From positions 1 to 37,093 of the forward strand of contig QNZT01000053.1 in assembly GCA_003978455.1 (NCBI GenBank): a stretch of 37,093 nucleotides of DNA, given 5' to 3'. The notes beneath the pieces were generated by a model. The model ran no database searches. It saw only the letters and a program-made list of their open reading frames with translations, and was not told the DNA's origin. Position 1 is the stretch's first letter, and each line of letters begins with the position of its first letter. The translations under genes were made by a program, and so were the position numbers. Shown piece by piece: positions 8,100-18,279 of this stretch. Origin of the DNA: Sulfurospirillum sp. (GTDB taxonomy: Bacteria > Campylobacterota > Campylobacteria > Campylobacterales > QNZT01).

Positions 8100-10775
8100 T
8101 TATGCCCGAACCTTTTCTCTTTTTTGCACCCGATTTCTGACCGTGATCTTTCTCTCTTTTTTGTTATCGCAATAAGTGCGTTTGATACCATCGAGACTGC
8201 TAAAGATATTCAATGTCGCATTTTCAAGCTGTGTTGCAATGATTTCCAATTGTGTCGAAGGTGCGTTTTGGGCATTTTTATCGACATACTCCTGTGCCAG
8301 CGCATGAATCTTTTCATGATCATTTACCAAAACACTCCATGCCGGAGACTGGGTGATGGTACTCTGCTTCTCTTCTTGCTCACTTATCCACCGACCCAGA
8401 TCACAATGTGTCGGAGGTGTGACATCGAAACGCTTTTTTATTTCAAGTTTTTCAAGAATTTTTGTTTTAAAGATCAGATGCTTATGTTTCATATGTGCAA
8501 TCGTTTCGTTCATCTTTACATCACACACTTGATTTCGGATCTCCTCTTTAAATGAGGCAGTAGATACGATATGGAAAAGATCGGTCGAAAGTTCTCTGAT
8601 ATCTCTGGAAAGGTTATCGATACCGGCTGCCATTTTGACATTTTCAGAAACCACACGGTTCATTTTCTCAACTGCTTTGTCTATCTCAACCATATCTTTT
8701 TCCTGAATCTCGCTTTTGTACGCTACCGTTTCAATAACATTTTTTGTCGCGTTAATCTCGTTTTTCAAGCGTTCATACCCTGCAATCATCTCTTCGCTGA
8801 TTGCCTTTCCTTCAACCGATTTGCTTTTGGCACTCTCGACCAGAAGCTTGATTTCAGCAGCTGCTTCGGCACTCTTGGCAGCAAGAGACCGCACCTCCTG
8901 TGCCACAACCGAAAATCCTTTTCCTGCTTCCCCCGCAGTTGCTGCTTCAACCGCTGCATTGAGTGACAGTATATTTGTCTGAAACGCAATCTGATCGATA
9001 ATCGAAATCGCTTCATTGATCGCTTCTACTTTTTCATTGATCTCATCGGTCGCTTCAGCTGTTTTTGTAGCCAAGACCAATCCCTTTTCCGAACTCTGTG
9101 CCAATTGATCCGCCATAGAAGAAGATCTTCGGATATCAGCAATACTCTCTCTTGTCGTTTTTTTCATATGATCAAGTACATTTGTTGTATTTTTCAAAGC
9201 CGTATGCTGCTCAGCAGCGGCATCTGTCAGTGAGTCGGAGGATTCTGAAAGTACTTTGGTATTGTCAGTCAAACTGCCGCCTGTGTTTTGTATCACCGCA
9301 AAAAGTTCGGAAATATTGTCTCCGAGCAGTTTCGCAGATGTCACTACTGCACCGAAATCACCATTTAACCCTTTAATACGGTCATGAGGGATTTCATAAT
9401 CAAATTGTCCCTGACTGAAATGGTTGAGCAGTTCAATCAACGCTGCAAATTTTTCTTTCGTTGTCATCAGCATTTCATTGAGCGAGTTGCGCAGCTGCTC
9501 CACTTCTATCGATGCTCCCGATTCCTTGACCGAATTTCCGAAAAAACCGTTGTTTACTTTACGCACAACCTCTTCTATCTCACCCACTACCCTTTTATCC
9601 TGTTCAATGATCTTAGTAATTTTTTCAATCTGTACATTGATCATCTTTGTCATCTCGGCAAACTCATCTTTTCCTTCCACTTTCAGCGGCTTGATATAAT
9701 CTTTCTCTCTGGCAACATATGAGAGAAAAAACCGAAGTCCCTGTTGCAAACTATCAACCTGTTTTGAAAGACGTTTTGTCATCATGAAAGTCACGATACC
9801 GATTATGACAAAGAGCAGCGTATTTATCAGAAAAAATGCTACCAGCATATACCACGTTCTATCATAAAGTTGCTGTGCCGTGTGAATGATATGCTTAGCC
9901 TGAAGATTCTCTACTTTTTTAAATTTATTGATTTTATGGGTTATGCTGTCGAACCATTTTTGTGCAGGTGTGCTAAATGCCTGCATACCGTTTGCATTCA
10001 TCAATTCGTTTTCTATTTTGCCGACACGCTGCACAACAGGGTCACGAAAAACATTCTGATATGCTTTGAAAACCGAAGCAGGTGAATAGTAGTAAAAATT
10101 TTTCAAAAAGGCTTCATGCTGTGCAATCAGCTTGACAATATAGACCCGCATCCCATCTTCGAAACCTCCGTTTGCGAGGGTAGCGGTACCTACGGCGCGC
10201 TCTATATCCATACGCTCTTTTGCCTGAAGAAAATTTAGATATCCATTGAGTTCATTGCTGATTTTAACATCTTCTGTTGTTTTGACGATTGAGGCAATCG
10301 CATCAAGCAAAGCGCTATTCATGCTTGTATATGTAGAGATCATGCTTTTGGCGCTCAGTCCCATTTGATCCACAGAGGTACGCACAGCAGGAAGGGATCG
10401 CACTTTTTCCATAGACTTTTCAAGACTACGCTTCAATTCAGGTATATCGCTATCGCTCTTCAACTGCTTTAAAAAGGCAGCAAGTGCCTGAATCTTTGTA
10501 TCTGTCTGCTGTCGCTGCTTTAGCAGTTGTGTATGAAACTTCGCTCCCTTGCTTCCGATAAACCCTGCACTCAATCCCCTCTCTTTTTGCGTTTCATGAA
10601 GGAGATCGGATACTTTGACAGAGAGTCGGACGAGTTGTTTAAACTCATCGTGTTTCTTGGCATCTGCATATGTGTTATAAAACGATATCATCGTATAGAG
10701 TACCAGTGCCAGCACAGGAACAGACAACAGAAGATACAATTTTTTGGAGAAATTTAATTGATCCATAAATTTCAT
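8100..10775 (-). CDS. Methyl-accepting chemotaxis protein: periplasmic NIT domain + HAMP + MCP signalling domain + C-terminal CZB (chemoreceptor zinc-binding) domain
   Basis: This is an 891-aa ORF. NIT signatures are [16 protein letters not shown] and [14 protein letters not shown]. The MCP tip is [43 protein letters not shown]. The C-terminus fits the CZB 3His/1Cys pattern exactly: HKHL-x23-CDLGRW-x23-HEKIH. The RBS AAAGGA precedes the ATG at 10775. Confidence 0.9.
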   Translation of the reverse strand: MKFMDQLNFSKKLYLLLSVPVLALVLYTMISFYNTYADAKKHDEFKQLVRLSVKVSDLLHETQKERGLSAGFIGSKGAKFHTQLLKQRQQTDTKIQALAAFLKQLKSDSDIPELKRSLEKSMEKVRSLPAVRTSVDQMGLSAKSMISTYTSMNSALLDAIASIVKTTEDVKISNELNGYLNFLQAKERMDIERAVGTATLANGGFEDGMRVYIVKLIAQHEAFLKNFYYYSPASVFKAYQNVFRDPVVQRVGKIENELMNANGMQAFSTPAQKWFDSITHKINKFKKVENLQAKHIIHTAQQLYDRTWYMLVAFFLINTLLFVIIGIVTFMMTKRLSKQVDSLQQGLRFFLSYVAREKDYIKPLKVEGKDEFAEMTKMINVQIEKITKIIEQDKRVVGEIEEVVRKVNNGFFGNSVKESGASIEVEQLRNSLNEMLMTTKEKFAALIELLNHFSQGQFDYEIPHDRIKGLNGDFGAVVTSAKLLGDNISELFAVIQNTGGSLTDNTKVLSESSDSLTDAAAEQHTALKNTTNVLDHMKKTTRESIADIRRSSSMADQLAQSSEKGLVLATKTAEATDEINEKVEAINEAISIIDQIAFQTNILSLNAAVEAATAGEAGKGFSVVAQEVRSLAAKSAEAAAEIKLLVESAKSKSVEGKAISEEMIAGYERLKNEINATKNVIETVAYKSEIQEKDMVEIDKAVEKMNRVVSENVKMAAGIDNLSRDIRELSTDLFHIVSTASFKEEIRNQVCDVKMNETIAHMKHKHLIFKTKILEKLEIKKRFDVTPPTHCDLGRWISEQEEKQSTITQSPAWSVLVNDHEKIHALAQEYVDKNAQNAPSTQLEIIATQLENATLNIFSSLDGIKRTYCDNKKERKITVRNRVQKREKVRA

Positions 10776-10854
10776 AAAAATCCTTTTTTAGTTTCCGGAA
10801 GCAAAATAAGCGTAGCTTTCTTAAAATCTAAAATCGGATATTTTAAGATTTATT

Positions 10855-12543
10855 TTAGGACTGAGAGACTCCCTCAAGTAATTTTGCATGAAACAGCGCA
10901 GGATGTGACTGAAGCGTCACCAGTTTATCATGAGGCTCGGCGATAAAATAGCCTTGGGTATAGTCAATCCCTATCTCCTGCACCTTTCGGAAAATATCTT
11001 CATCGCTGACAAACTCGGCAACAGTTTTGATATTGAGTGACTGGGAAAAAGTATGAATAACACTTGTCAACACCTGACTCTTTTTGTCTGTCACAATATT
11101 TTTGATGATACTACCGTCAATCTTAACAAAATCCGGACTGATTCTCATGATGCGCTGAAAATTGGAATAGCCGCTGCCAAAATCGTCGATAGCGATTTTC
11201 ACACCAAATTCACGCACCTTTTGGATAAATGTTTCAAAAACAGTATCGTTTTCGATCTCTTCATCTTCCAGAAGCTCCAGCGTAATACGATTTGCGGTAT
11301 CCGGATTTTCTTTTAAAAGCGTAAAAAGCTTGTCGCTCACCTGTGAACTTGCCATATCCAGATATGAGAGATTTACCGTCACTTCGGAATCGACGTATTT
11401 GAAAATAGCAAAAACCTTTTCGAGCATGATCATCGTAATCTGCAAATAGTAGTTTCCATTTTTTGCGGCATCCAGGAAAAAAAATGGAGAGATGATTTTG
11501 CCATCTTCTGCTACCAGCCGCACCAGTGTTTCATATTTTGTGATTTCACCCAGTTTATTGTCATAAATAGGCTGAAAATAGGGAACGATCCTATCCTCTT
11601 CGATCGCCTTTTTCACCATATGGACTTTGTTGATATTCTCTTTGGTCTCCGCTTTGAGTTGATCGATGACTTCATTCATGACAACATAGTTTTTCTTCTG
11701 TTCGATCACCCAGTCCATAGCAAAACCGGCATCTTCATACAGACAATCACTCCCGCTGGCAAAACAGAGTGTCGCGCTGACATCATAAGAGAACTTATCA
11801 AGTGCTATCTCATAGGAGTGAATATGTTCATGAAGCATTTCACAAAACTCATGAGGAGCGATATGCCCTATATCTCTTTTAAAGTCTTCAAATGACACAA
11901 CAAACTCACCCGGTGCGGTATGATAACAGAGCACCATTAAATCCAGGCTCTGAAAATATGAGATCAGATATTTGACAAACTCTTTCTCAAGAATCCGGGC
12001 ATACTCCTCCCCGTAAAATGCATCTACCGAACGAAAATGGTCGATACGCATCAAAACAATCGTTGCACCTCTTTTGGTTGATAGCGTTTGGCGAAGCGCT
12101 ACCAGATTGGGCATCTTGGTATAAGGATCCCTGGTGGTCAGTACATACCTGCTGTTGATATGTGCGATATCCATATAGGAACGACAACGCTGTATCAACT
12201 CCATCTTTTCAAACGGCTTGGAGATAAAGTCATTTACACCCACCTTAATCGCTTTGAGTTTGCTGGCTTCATCTGAAAGAGAAGAGAGCATCAATATAGG
12301 TGTTCTTTTAAATGCTTCCAGTGTTCGCAGTGTCTTAACCGCTTCAAAACCGTCCATAACAGGCATCAGCCCATCCATGATGATGACATCCGGCTGATGC
12401 TCTAACGCTAACTCAAGTGCTTCCTGACCATTTCCCGCCTCGATGAAATGGTAGTTCTCTTTTTCAAGCGCTTTTTTTATGACCATCCGGTTGGTACGCA
12501 GGTCATCGACAACCAAAATCGTATCAAGTTTGTTGTGCTTCAT
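10855..12543 (-). CDS. Response regulator with REC + degenerate GGDEF + EAL (c-di-GMP phosphodiesterase) domains
   Basis: This is a 562-aa ORF. The REC domain (VVDD...IIMDGLMPVMDG...FISKP) has acceptor Asp and Lys. The GGDEF position reads APGEF. EAL-domain motifs are largely intact (QPIYD, ETLVRL, VNLS, ELLEDEE, IAIDDFGSGYSNF, VKIDGS, QGYFIAEP). Confidence 0.88.
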   Translation of the reverse strand: MKHNKLDTILVVDDLRTNRMVIKKALEKENYHFIEAGNGQEALELALEHQPDVIIMDGLMPVMDGFEAVKTLRTLEAFKRTPILMLSSLSDEASKLKAIKVGVNDFISKPFEKMELIQRCRSYMDIAHINSRYVLTTRDPYTKMPNLVALRQTLSTKRGATIVLMRIDHFRSVDAFYGEEYARILEKEFVKYLISYFQSLDLMVLCYHTAPGEFVVSFEDFKRDIGHIAPHEFCEMLHEHIHSYEIALDKFSYDVSATLCFASGSDCLYEDAGFAMDWVIEQKKNYVVMNEVIDQLKAETKENINKVHMVKKAIEEDRIVPYFQPIYDNKLGEITKYETLVRLVAEDGKIISPFFFLDAAKNGNYYLQITMIMLEKVFAIFKYVDSEVTVNLSYLDMASSQVSDKLFTLLKENPDTANRITLELLEDEEIENDTVFETFIQKVREFGVKIAIDDFGSGYSNFQRIMRISPDFVKIDGSIIKNIVTDKKSQVLTSVIHTFSQSLNIKTVAEFVSDEDIFRKVQEIGIDYTQGYFIAEPHDKLVTLQSHPALFHAKLLEGVSQS

Positions 12544-12554
12544 GATACTTCTTT

Positions 12555-12947
12555 TTAGGCTTTGGCAGTTTCACGTTCCATCAACTTTTGCATTAGTTGG
12601 AGGATAATCGTCTGGGTATATGGTTTGAGCAGATACCCGGAAATACCCATCTTTGTCAACTCCGCAACTTTGGAACGCACACCCTCCGTTGTCTGCATAA
12701 TCACCTTGATATGCTTGATCTCAGGATCCTGCCGCATGATACGCAGCATCTCGTCGCCCTTCATCACCGGCATATTGACATCCAAAAAGACATAATCAAC
12801 ATCGGTATGCTTATATAACATATCAAGTCCCTTCCTGCCGTCTTCCGCCTCCAGAATAGTAGGATTCTCTCCCTCCATCGCTTTGAGAACCCCCATCCTT
12901 AAAACTCTTCTCATGGTACTGCTATCATCTACTATCAATATTTTCAT
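12555..12947 (-). CDS. cheY: Single-domain CheY-like response regulator
   Basis: This 130-aa protein carries ILIVDDSSTMR, FLDVNMPVMKG and GYLLKP motifs. An AGGAG RBS is present. It sits immediately downstream of cheW in the che operon. Confidence 0.88.
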   Translation of the reverse strand: MKILIVDDSSTMRRVLRMGVLKAMEGENPTILEAEDGRKGLDMLYKHTDVDYVFLDVNMPVMKGDEMLRIMRQDPEIKHIKVIMQTTEGVRSKVAELTKMGISGYLLKPYTQTIILQLMQKLMERETAKA

Positions 12948-12956
12948 ACTCTGCTC

Positions 12957-13394
12957 CTATGCTGTCTCTTCTATTTTTAATACTGTGTCGATATTTAACA
13001 GTATCGTCATCTGTTCGTCATTTAGTTTAATCAAGCCGTCTATATATTTCGGGTCAATACTGACACCCATATCGGGGGCGGAAACAATCGTTTGTCTGTC
13101 AAGATCCAAGATAGATTCTATATTATCGACAATAATACCTATAAGTTTATCCTCTTCTGTTCTCGTAACAATAATCACTGTATTGTCCGAAATCGATGTA
13201 TCGGATATATGAAAAAGCGCCCGAAGATCCACAATCGGAATCACCTCTCCACGCAAGTTGATCAATCCTCTGATCCAAGCCTCCTCTGCAAAAAGCTCTG
13301 TGATAATCACCTGTGAATAGACAAGTATCTCTTTGATCTTTTCCAGAGGAATTGTATAGTTCTCACCGTTAAGTTTAAAAACCACATATTCCAT
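12957..13394 (-). CDS. cheW: Chemotaxis coupling protein CheW
   Basis: This is a 145-aa CheW-like domain (GLINLRGEVIPIVDLR, IGIIVDNIESILD). Its ATG lies 1 nt after the cheA TAA stop. Confidence 0.9.
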   Translation of the reverse strand: MEYVVFKLNGENYTIPLEKIKEILVYSQVIITELFAEEAWIRGLINLRGEVIPIVDLRALFHISDTSISDNTVIIVTRTEEDKLIGIIVDNIESILDLDRQTIVSAPDMGVSIDPKYIDGLIKLNDEQMTILLNIDTVLKIEETA

Positions 13395-13395
13395 C

Positions 13396-15741
13396 TTATC
13401 TTCCTCTTCTATACATATCTACGATGCTCGTAACATCCAAAATCAAACCGATACTCCCGTCTCCCCGAATCGTTGCGGCACCGATACCCTCTATCTTTTT
13501 ATAGTTTTTTTCCAGAGATTTGACGACTATCTGCTCCTGATTGAGGAAATCATCCACAAAAAACGCCACTTTCCCATTCGCCGTGTTCACAACTATCAGC
13601 ATCCCCTCACTAATATCTCTGCATAAAGGCTCGATACCGAAACAATCATAAAGCCGTATAATAGGAATAAATTCCCGCCTGAGCATCAAAATCTCTTTTT
13701 TATTTTCCCCTACATGTTTGATCATATGTGCCTGAGGCTGCAATGACTCGACAATGGCATTCAGTGGTAAAATAAACTTTTTATCACCGATTAGGACATT
13801 TAAACCATCCAAAATCGCCAGCGTCAGAGGCAAAATAATCTGAATATGCGTGCCTTTATCCTTTTTGCTATATACCCGTATGTGTCCGCCAAGGGCATTG
13901 ATGTTGTTCATGACAACATCCATCCCTACACCCCGTCCGGATACATCGGTCAAAGCCTCAGCAGTGGAAAGACCGGGGTGAAATATCAGCATCAGTTTAT
14001 CCTGATGACTCATACCGGAAAGCTCTTCGGGTGTAATGGCGCCCTTATCAAGTGCTTTCTGGATCACTCTGTCCACATTGATCCCCGCACCGTCATCACG
14101 GATAGAGATGATGATATTTCCACTCTCCTGCTCCGCGGAAATCACCAGTCTGCCTATTTCGGATTTTCCTTTTTTGTATCTCTCCTCGGGTTTTTCGATC
14201 CCGTGATCAAGCGAATTTCTGATGATATGTGTCAAGGGATCCATCAGACCTTCTACCATCATCTTGTCTATCTCGACCGTATCTCCGATATGTTCAAACT
14301 TAATCTTTTTATCCAGTTTTTTTGCCAGATCACGCACCATCTTCGGCAGTCTGGCATAGACACTCTCCATCGGTACCATACGCACGGACATCACGGACTC
14401 CTGGAGTTCTCGGATGTCCCTGTCCAGATCGATCAATCTTTCATGAATCGCTTTATAGAGGCTTTCATCGGAGATCGAATCTGTAAACTGAAAAAGCATA
14501 CTTTTGGTGATGACAAGATCCCCTACCCTGTTCATGAGTTGGTCTATCTTATCCAGATTGACACGTATCGATGTCGAAGCAGCCGCTTTGTTAAGAGAGA
14601 CTGTTTTTGTCTTCTTCTCTTTTACTGCTGCTTTGGATTGTGAAGGCTGTGATTTTTGTTCCTGTTTCCTTGCTGTTTGTACCACTTCTGGTTGCTGTGG
14701 GACAGGCTCTTCATCAAAAAGTTCAAAAGCAGGCATACGCTCTGTCACTTCATGAGGGGATACCTGCTGAGGTGATACGTCAAAAAGTTCAAACGGCAAA
14801 GGCGCTTCCTCCTCTTTCTGCTGCTTTACCGTATTCAAGGCAGTTGTTTCTTCATCAAAAAGCTCAAAAGGAGGAGCCTTCTCTTGCACTGGCTCCTCTT
14901 CCAGGATAAATAACAATTCTCCTATCTCCTCTTTTAAAGAGTCCAGCTCTTCATGAAAACGTTTATGTTCCACACTGCTATTTAACTCCCGGTCGATCAG
15001 CTGTTGAGCGTGTTCGGAAACTTTGGACATGAAATCGTTAAATGCCATATTGTACGGGATATCGCCGTTTCGGGCATTGTCCAGGAGAGACTCCACTTCA
15101 TGTAGATATGCAGGAAAGTATTTCAGGTTGAGAAACTGCGATGCTCCTTTGATTGTATGAATCGTTCTGAAGATAACATCGATCGCTTCAGAGGGTTCGA
15201 TCTCCCCGGAAGCAACCGCCTCTATCTCATCCTCCAACTCTTCAAACAGATCAATCATCTCAGCGGCGTTGTCACCGAAAATCTCTCTCTTTTCTTTTAC
15301 CTTCTTCTCTTTTTTCTCAGTTGTTTCAGGGGTGGCGCCGCCCGGAGTATCTCCTTGCTTGATCTTTTCTATATCACCGATAATCTGCTGTAACCGTCGG
15401 GTATATTCTGTTGCGTCAAGTTCCCCTTCATACTCCTCTTGCAAGATATCATGCATCGTACCGACACTTTCTATGATAAAATCGATAATTTTGCTGTCAA
15501 GTGCTATCTCGCCGTTACGCACCAGATCCATAAAACTTTCAAGATGATGCGTATAGGTGGAAAACTTCATGAGCTCTACCGATCCGGCTCCTCCTTTGAG
15601 TGTATGCATATCTCTGAAGATAGAGTCAACCTCTTCCGGAGATATTTCACCCGCTTCCTCATTTTTCAGAAGGATAGAGTGGAGATTGTCAAACAGCTCT
15701 TCCGCCTCCTCCATAAAAAAATCCCTGATTTCCTGTGACAT
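13396..15741 (-). CDS. cheA: Chemotaxis histidine kinase CheA with two N-terminal Hpt (P1) domains and a repeat-containing linker in place of P2
   Basis: This is a 781-aa ORF. Hpt motifs are FRDMHTLKGGAGS (His codon at 15604-15606) and FRTIHTIKGASQF (His codon at 15157-15159). The kinase core carries HIIRNSLDHGIE, DDGAGIN and GRGVGMDVV. A C-terminal CheW-like P5 domain is present. No C-terminal receiver domain is present. Confidence 0.92.
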   Translation of the reverse strand: MSQEIRDFFMEEAEELFDNLHSILLKNEEAGEISPEEVDSIFRDMHTLKGGAGSVELMKFSTYTHHLESFMDLVRNGEIALDSKIIDFIIESVGTMHDILQEEYEGELDATEYTRRLQQIIGDIEKIKQGDTPGGATPETTEKKEKKVKEKREIFGDNAAEMIDLFEELEDEIEAVASGEIEPSEAIDVIFRTIHTIKGASQFLNLKYFPAYLHEVESLLDNARNGDIPYNMAFNDFMSKVSEHAQQLIDRELNSSVEHKRFHEELDSLKEEIGELLFILEEEPVQEKAPPFELFDEETTALNTVKQQKEEEAPLPFELFDVSPQQVSPHEVTERMPAFELFDEEPVPQQPEVVQTARKQEQKSQPSQSKAAVKEKKTKTVSLNKAAASTSIRVNLDKIDQLMNRVGDLVITKSMLFQFTDSISDESLYKAIHERLIDLDRDIRELQESVMSVRMVPMESVYARLPKMVRDLAKKLDKKIKFEHIGDTVEIDKMMVEGLMDPLTHIIRNSLDHGIEKPEERYKKGKSEIGRLVISAEQESGNIIISIRDDGAGINVDRVIQKALDKGAITPEELSGMSHQDKLMLIFHPGLSTAEALTDVSGRGVGMDVVMNNINALGGHIRVYSKKDKGTHIQIILPLTLAILDGLNVLIGDKKFILPLNAIVESLQPQAHMIKHVGENKKEILMLRREFIPIIRLYDCFGIEPLCRDISEGMLIVVNTANGKVAFFVDDFLNQEQIVVKSLEKNYKKIEGIGAATIRGDGSIGLILDVTSIVDMYRRGR

Positions 15742-15745
15742 CGCT

Positions 15746-17308
15746 CTATACCTCCGCTTTCTCTCTGGTAGTCTCTACCTCATCCTGCAACTCTCTGGCA
15801 ATCGTCAGAATCTCTCCGGATATAGAGTCGGTTGTTTTCGCCACTTCACTATTTTTGACGGCAATAGACTCTAACTCTTTCATCAGGGAAGCGATGCTGT
15901 GTACCATCCCCTCCTCTTCACTCGCTTCCGATACCACACTGTTTATCAACTGATACGTCTCTTCTATCTTACTGTTGACATGAAGAAAACTCTCTTTCAT
16001 ATGTTCTGAAATCTCCATGCCTTCATCTGTTTTTGCCTGCGTATTTTCCACAAGTTCCTTGATGCTTTTTGCAGCTTCCGCACTTTTGGAAGCCAGGTTG
16101 CGCACTTCCTGAGCCACGACCGCAAACCCTTTCCCCGCATCGCCGGCAGTCGCTGCTTCCACGGCAGCATTCAGAGACAAGATATTTGTCTGAAATGCAA
16201 TCGCATCGATAGCACTGATCGCTTCAGATATCGCCGCAGTAGAGTCGTGAATCTCCTGCATCGCAACAAAAGTATGGTCTGCAAGTTTTTCACCTTTTTT
16301 TGCCATCTGCATCGTCTCTTGTGCATTGGTCTTCATCGCATGCGCTTTTTGTGCAGTGTACTGTATCTTCTGATTTATCTCCTGCATTTTTTGCGTCACC
16401 TCTTTGGAGTTGTCGCTTTCTGTCTGAATAGCACCGAAAAGGTGTTTCATATTTTGCTGCAACATATTTGCAGAATCATTCAATGTATCACTCTTGTTTT
16501 TGAGTGAATTTTCGATCTTATGATGGGCAGACGCCAATGTTTTTCCAAGAGTGTTCACACCGTTTACTACGGTTTTGAGCTCTCCTTCACACTGCACATC
16601 GATGGTATTGTCATAGATTCCTCTTTCGTAAGAGACCACTGCCTTGACGATTTTCTGAAGATTTTGCTGCATCTGCTCAAAGAGTGCATTCAAGTTCTCT
16701 TTCAGTTGATTGATTTCAGGGTTGGATGCGGACGATCGGATACGCCGGGAGAAATCACCTTTGCTTGCGATATCGGTGATCGTCGCTACTTCGCTGACCG
16801 TATCACGGTCTTTTTGCAGATTTTGCTCAATCTGTTCAATATTACGGTTGATGTTTTGCGCAATCTGATAAAACTCGCTGTTTCCCTTTACTTCTATCGG
16901 TTCTACTTGTTCGTTTTTTCTTTGCAAGTAGGCAAAAAATGAATCTACCCCCTTATGGAGCCGCTTAAGATTGTACACAATCCTTGCCGAAAACAGATGG
17001 AGGGCAAGGTTGATAAGGATGTTGATAAAGAGAATAAAAAAAAGCGGTGTGTAGGCATTGAGACTCTTTCGCATCGTCTCAAGCTCTTTATCAGCCTGCT
17101 GAAACAGTCTCTTTTCCTCTCTCTCAAAAGCTTCCGCAGTCAAAATCTTCTTTTTTTCATGAAGCTTCTCTACATCATGAAGATAGTGCGTTACATTTTG
17201 CATATGGCTGCGCACAAAGGTCATCTTGTGCATAATAAATCCCTGAAGCATCATAAACGAAAGGAGGATAAAAACTCCCAGAAACAGACTCTGTTTTTTA
17301 ATGGTCAT
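15746..17308 (-). CDS. Methyl-accepting chemotaxis protein (2 TM, short periplasmic loop, HAMP-like region)
   Basis: This is a 520-aa ORF. The MCP tip is [43 protein letters not shown]. Its ATG overlaps the cheV stop (ATGA). Confidence 0.9.
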   Translation of the reverse strand: MTIKKQSLFLGVFILLSFMMLQGFIMHKMTFVRSHMQNVTHYLHDVEKLHEKKKILTAEAFEREEKRLFQQADKELETMRKSLNAYTPLFFILFINILINLALHLFSARIVYNLKRLHKGVDSFFAYLQRKNEQVEPIEVKGNSEFYQIAQNINRNIEQIEQNLQKDRDTVSEVATITDIASKGDFSRRIRSSASNPEINQLKENLNALFEQMQQNLQKIVKAVVSYERGIYDNTIDVQCEGELKTVVNGVNTLGKTLASAHHKIENSLKNKSDTLNDSANMLQQNMKHLFGAIQTESDNSKEVTQKMQEINQKIQYTAQKAHAMKTNAQETMQMAKKGEKLADHTFVAMQEIHDSTAAISEAISAIDAIAFQTNILSLNAAVEAATAGDAGKGFAVVAQEVRNLASKSAEAAKSIKELVENTQAKTDEGMEISEHMKESFLHVNSKIEETYQLINSVVSEASEEEGMVHSIASLMKELESIAVKNSEVAKTTDSISGEILTIARELQDEVETTREKAEV

Positions 17309-18279
17309 TGCAATTCTCCTTCCAGAATCTCTTTGATATAGTTGAACAAAAGTTTCAAATCCGATTTATTGACAAGATCGAGTGCACCAAGCTCCATCAC
17401 TTTATCTTTGACACCCTGATTGGTCATACTCGTCAGTGACAGCACCGGAACATTGCCGTAAACGCTCTCCTGTTTGATATACTTGATCACCTGATACCCG
17501 TTTCGTATCGGCATCTCGATATCGGTAATCACCAGACCGATCTCCTGAGGATCGAGTGTCATGATCCTGTTGATCAAATCTTCTCCGTTTTCATATATCT
17601 CGAAGTTGAGTTCCAGTTTGGTTAAAAATTCATTCAGTTTTTCGATGACTATCTGGCTGTCTTCGGCTACCAAGACCAGTTTATTGCTGTTGATTGCATA
17701 AGTATCGGGAGATGCGATTTCAAAAGAGTCAATATCGTAAATAGTCGTTTTGGATGTCTTGTCGCTGACATTGGCATCGTAAAGCAATCTCTCGGCATCA
17801 AACACAATACACATCTTCTTTTTGGTATCGTTGTCACGCTCCTGAACTTCGGTCACATAGGAGATCTTCGGATCTCTGCTGGCAGGTACACGCAACTCGT
17901 CACTTGCCTTCTCTTCAATACGGATAATATCTTTGACCATCAGCCCTATTTTCTTCTGGTTATAGTTGCACACGATAATAATACGCTGATCTTCATCGGT
18001 CGTATTATCTCCGATCCATTTGTCAAAGTTGACGATAGAGACGATCTCTCCGCGTATATTGATGAGACCGGTCACATATTCGTTACCGCTGGGCGGTTGT
18101 AAAAGCTCCACCTCCTCTTTGATCAGAAAACTCTGAATCTTGGAGATATTGATCGCGTAGAGCCGGTCACTGCTTGTCGCAAACACGGCAAGCTGCATCA
18201 CGTTACGCAAATGGCTTTTGGTCATATAGTCTATATTGTGCTGTATCTCATTTTCATCTAATAAATCATTGCTAAACAT
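17305..18279 (-). CDS. cheV: CheV (CheW-like domain fused to REC domain)
   Basis: The ORF is open to 18345. The ATG at 18279 (MFSNDLLDE...) is preceded by AAGGAAACAAGCT and minimises overlap with the upstream MCP, whose stop is at 18272. The CheW-like region carries [15 protein letters not shown] and [13 protein letters not shown]. The REC domain carries [13 protein letters not shown]. Confidence 0.85.
   Translation of the reverse strand: MFSNDLLDENEIQHNIDYMTKSHLRNVMQLAVFATSSDRLYAINISKIQSFLIKEEVELLQPPSGNEYVTGLINIRGEIVSIVNFDKWIGDNTTDEDQRIIIVCNYNQKKIGLMVKDIIRIEEKASDELRVPASRDPKISYVTEVQERDNDTKKKMCIVFDAERLLYDANVSDKTSKTTIYDIDSFEIASPDTYAINSNKLVLVAEDSQIVIEKLNEFLTKLELNFEIYENGEDLINRIMTLDPQEIGLVITDIEMPIRNGYQVIKYIKQESVYGNVPVLSLTSMTNQGVKDKVMELGALDLVNKSDLKLLFNYIKEILEGELQ

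Noticed and set aside
13846-14643. Long antisense ORFs inside well-supported genes. Examples: 265 aa opposite cheA; 267 aa at 20875-21678 opposite moeA; 137 aa at 5346-5759 opposite ubiB; 188 aa at 26962-27528 opposite the MBL gene; 163 aa at 8064-8555 and 185 aa at 30395-30952.
   Set aside because: Each lies entirely or mostly opposite a gene with strong family motifs. Each has low-complexity or Cys/Phe/His-rich composition and no RBS context. Such shadow ORFs are expected in genes of this codon usage.
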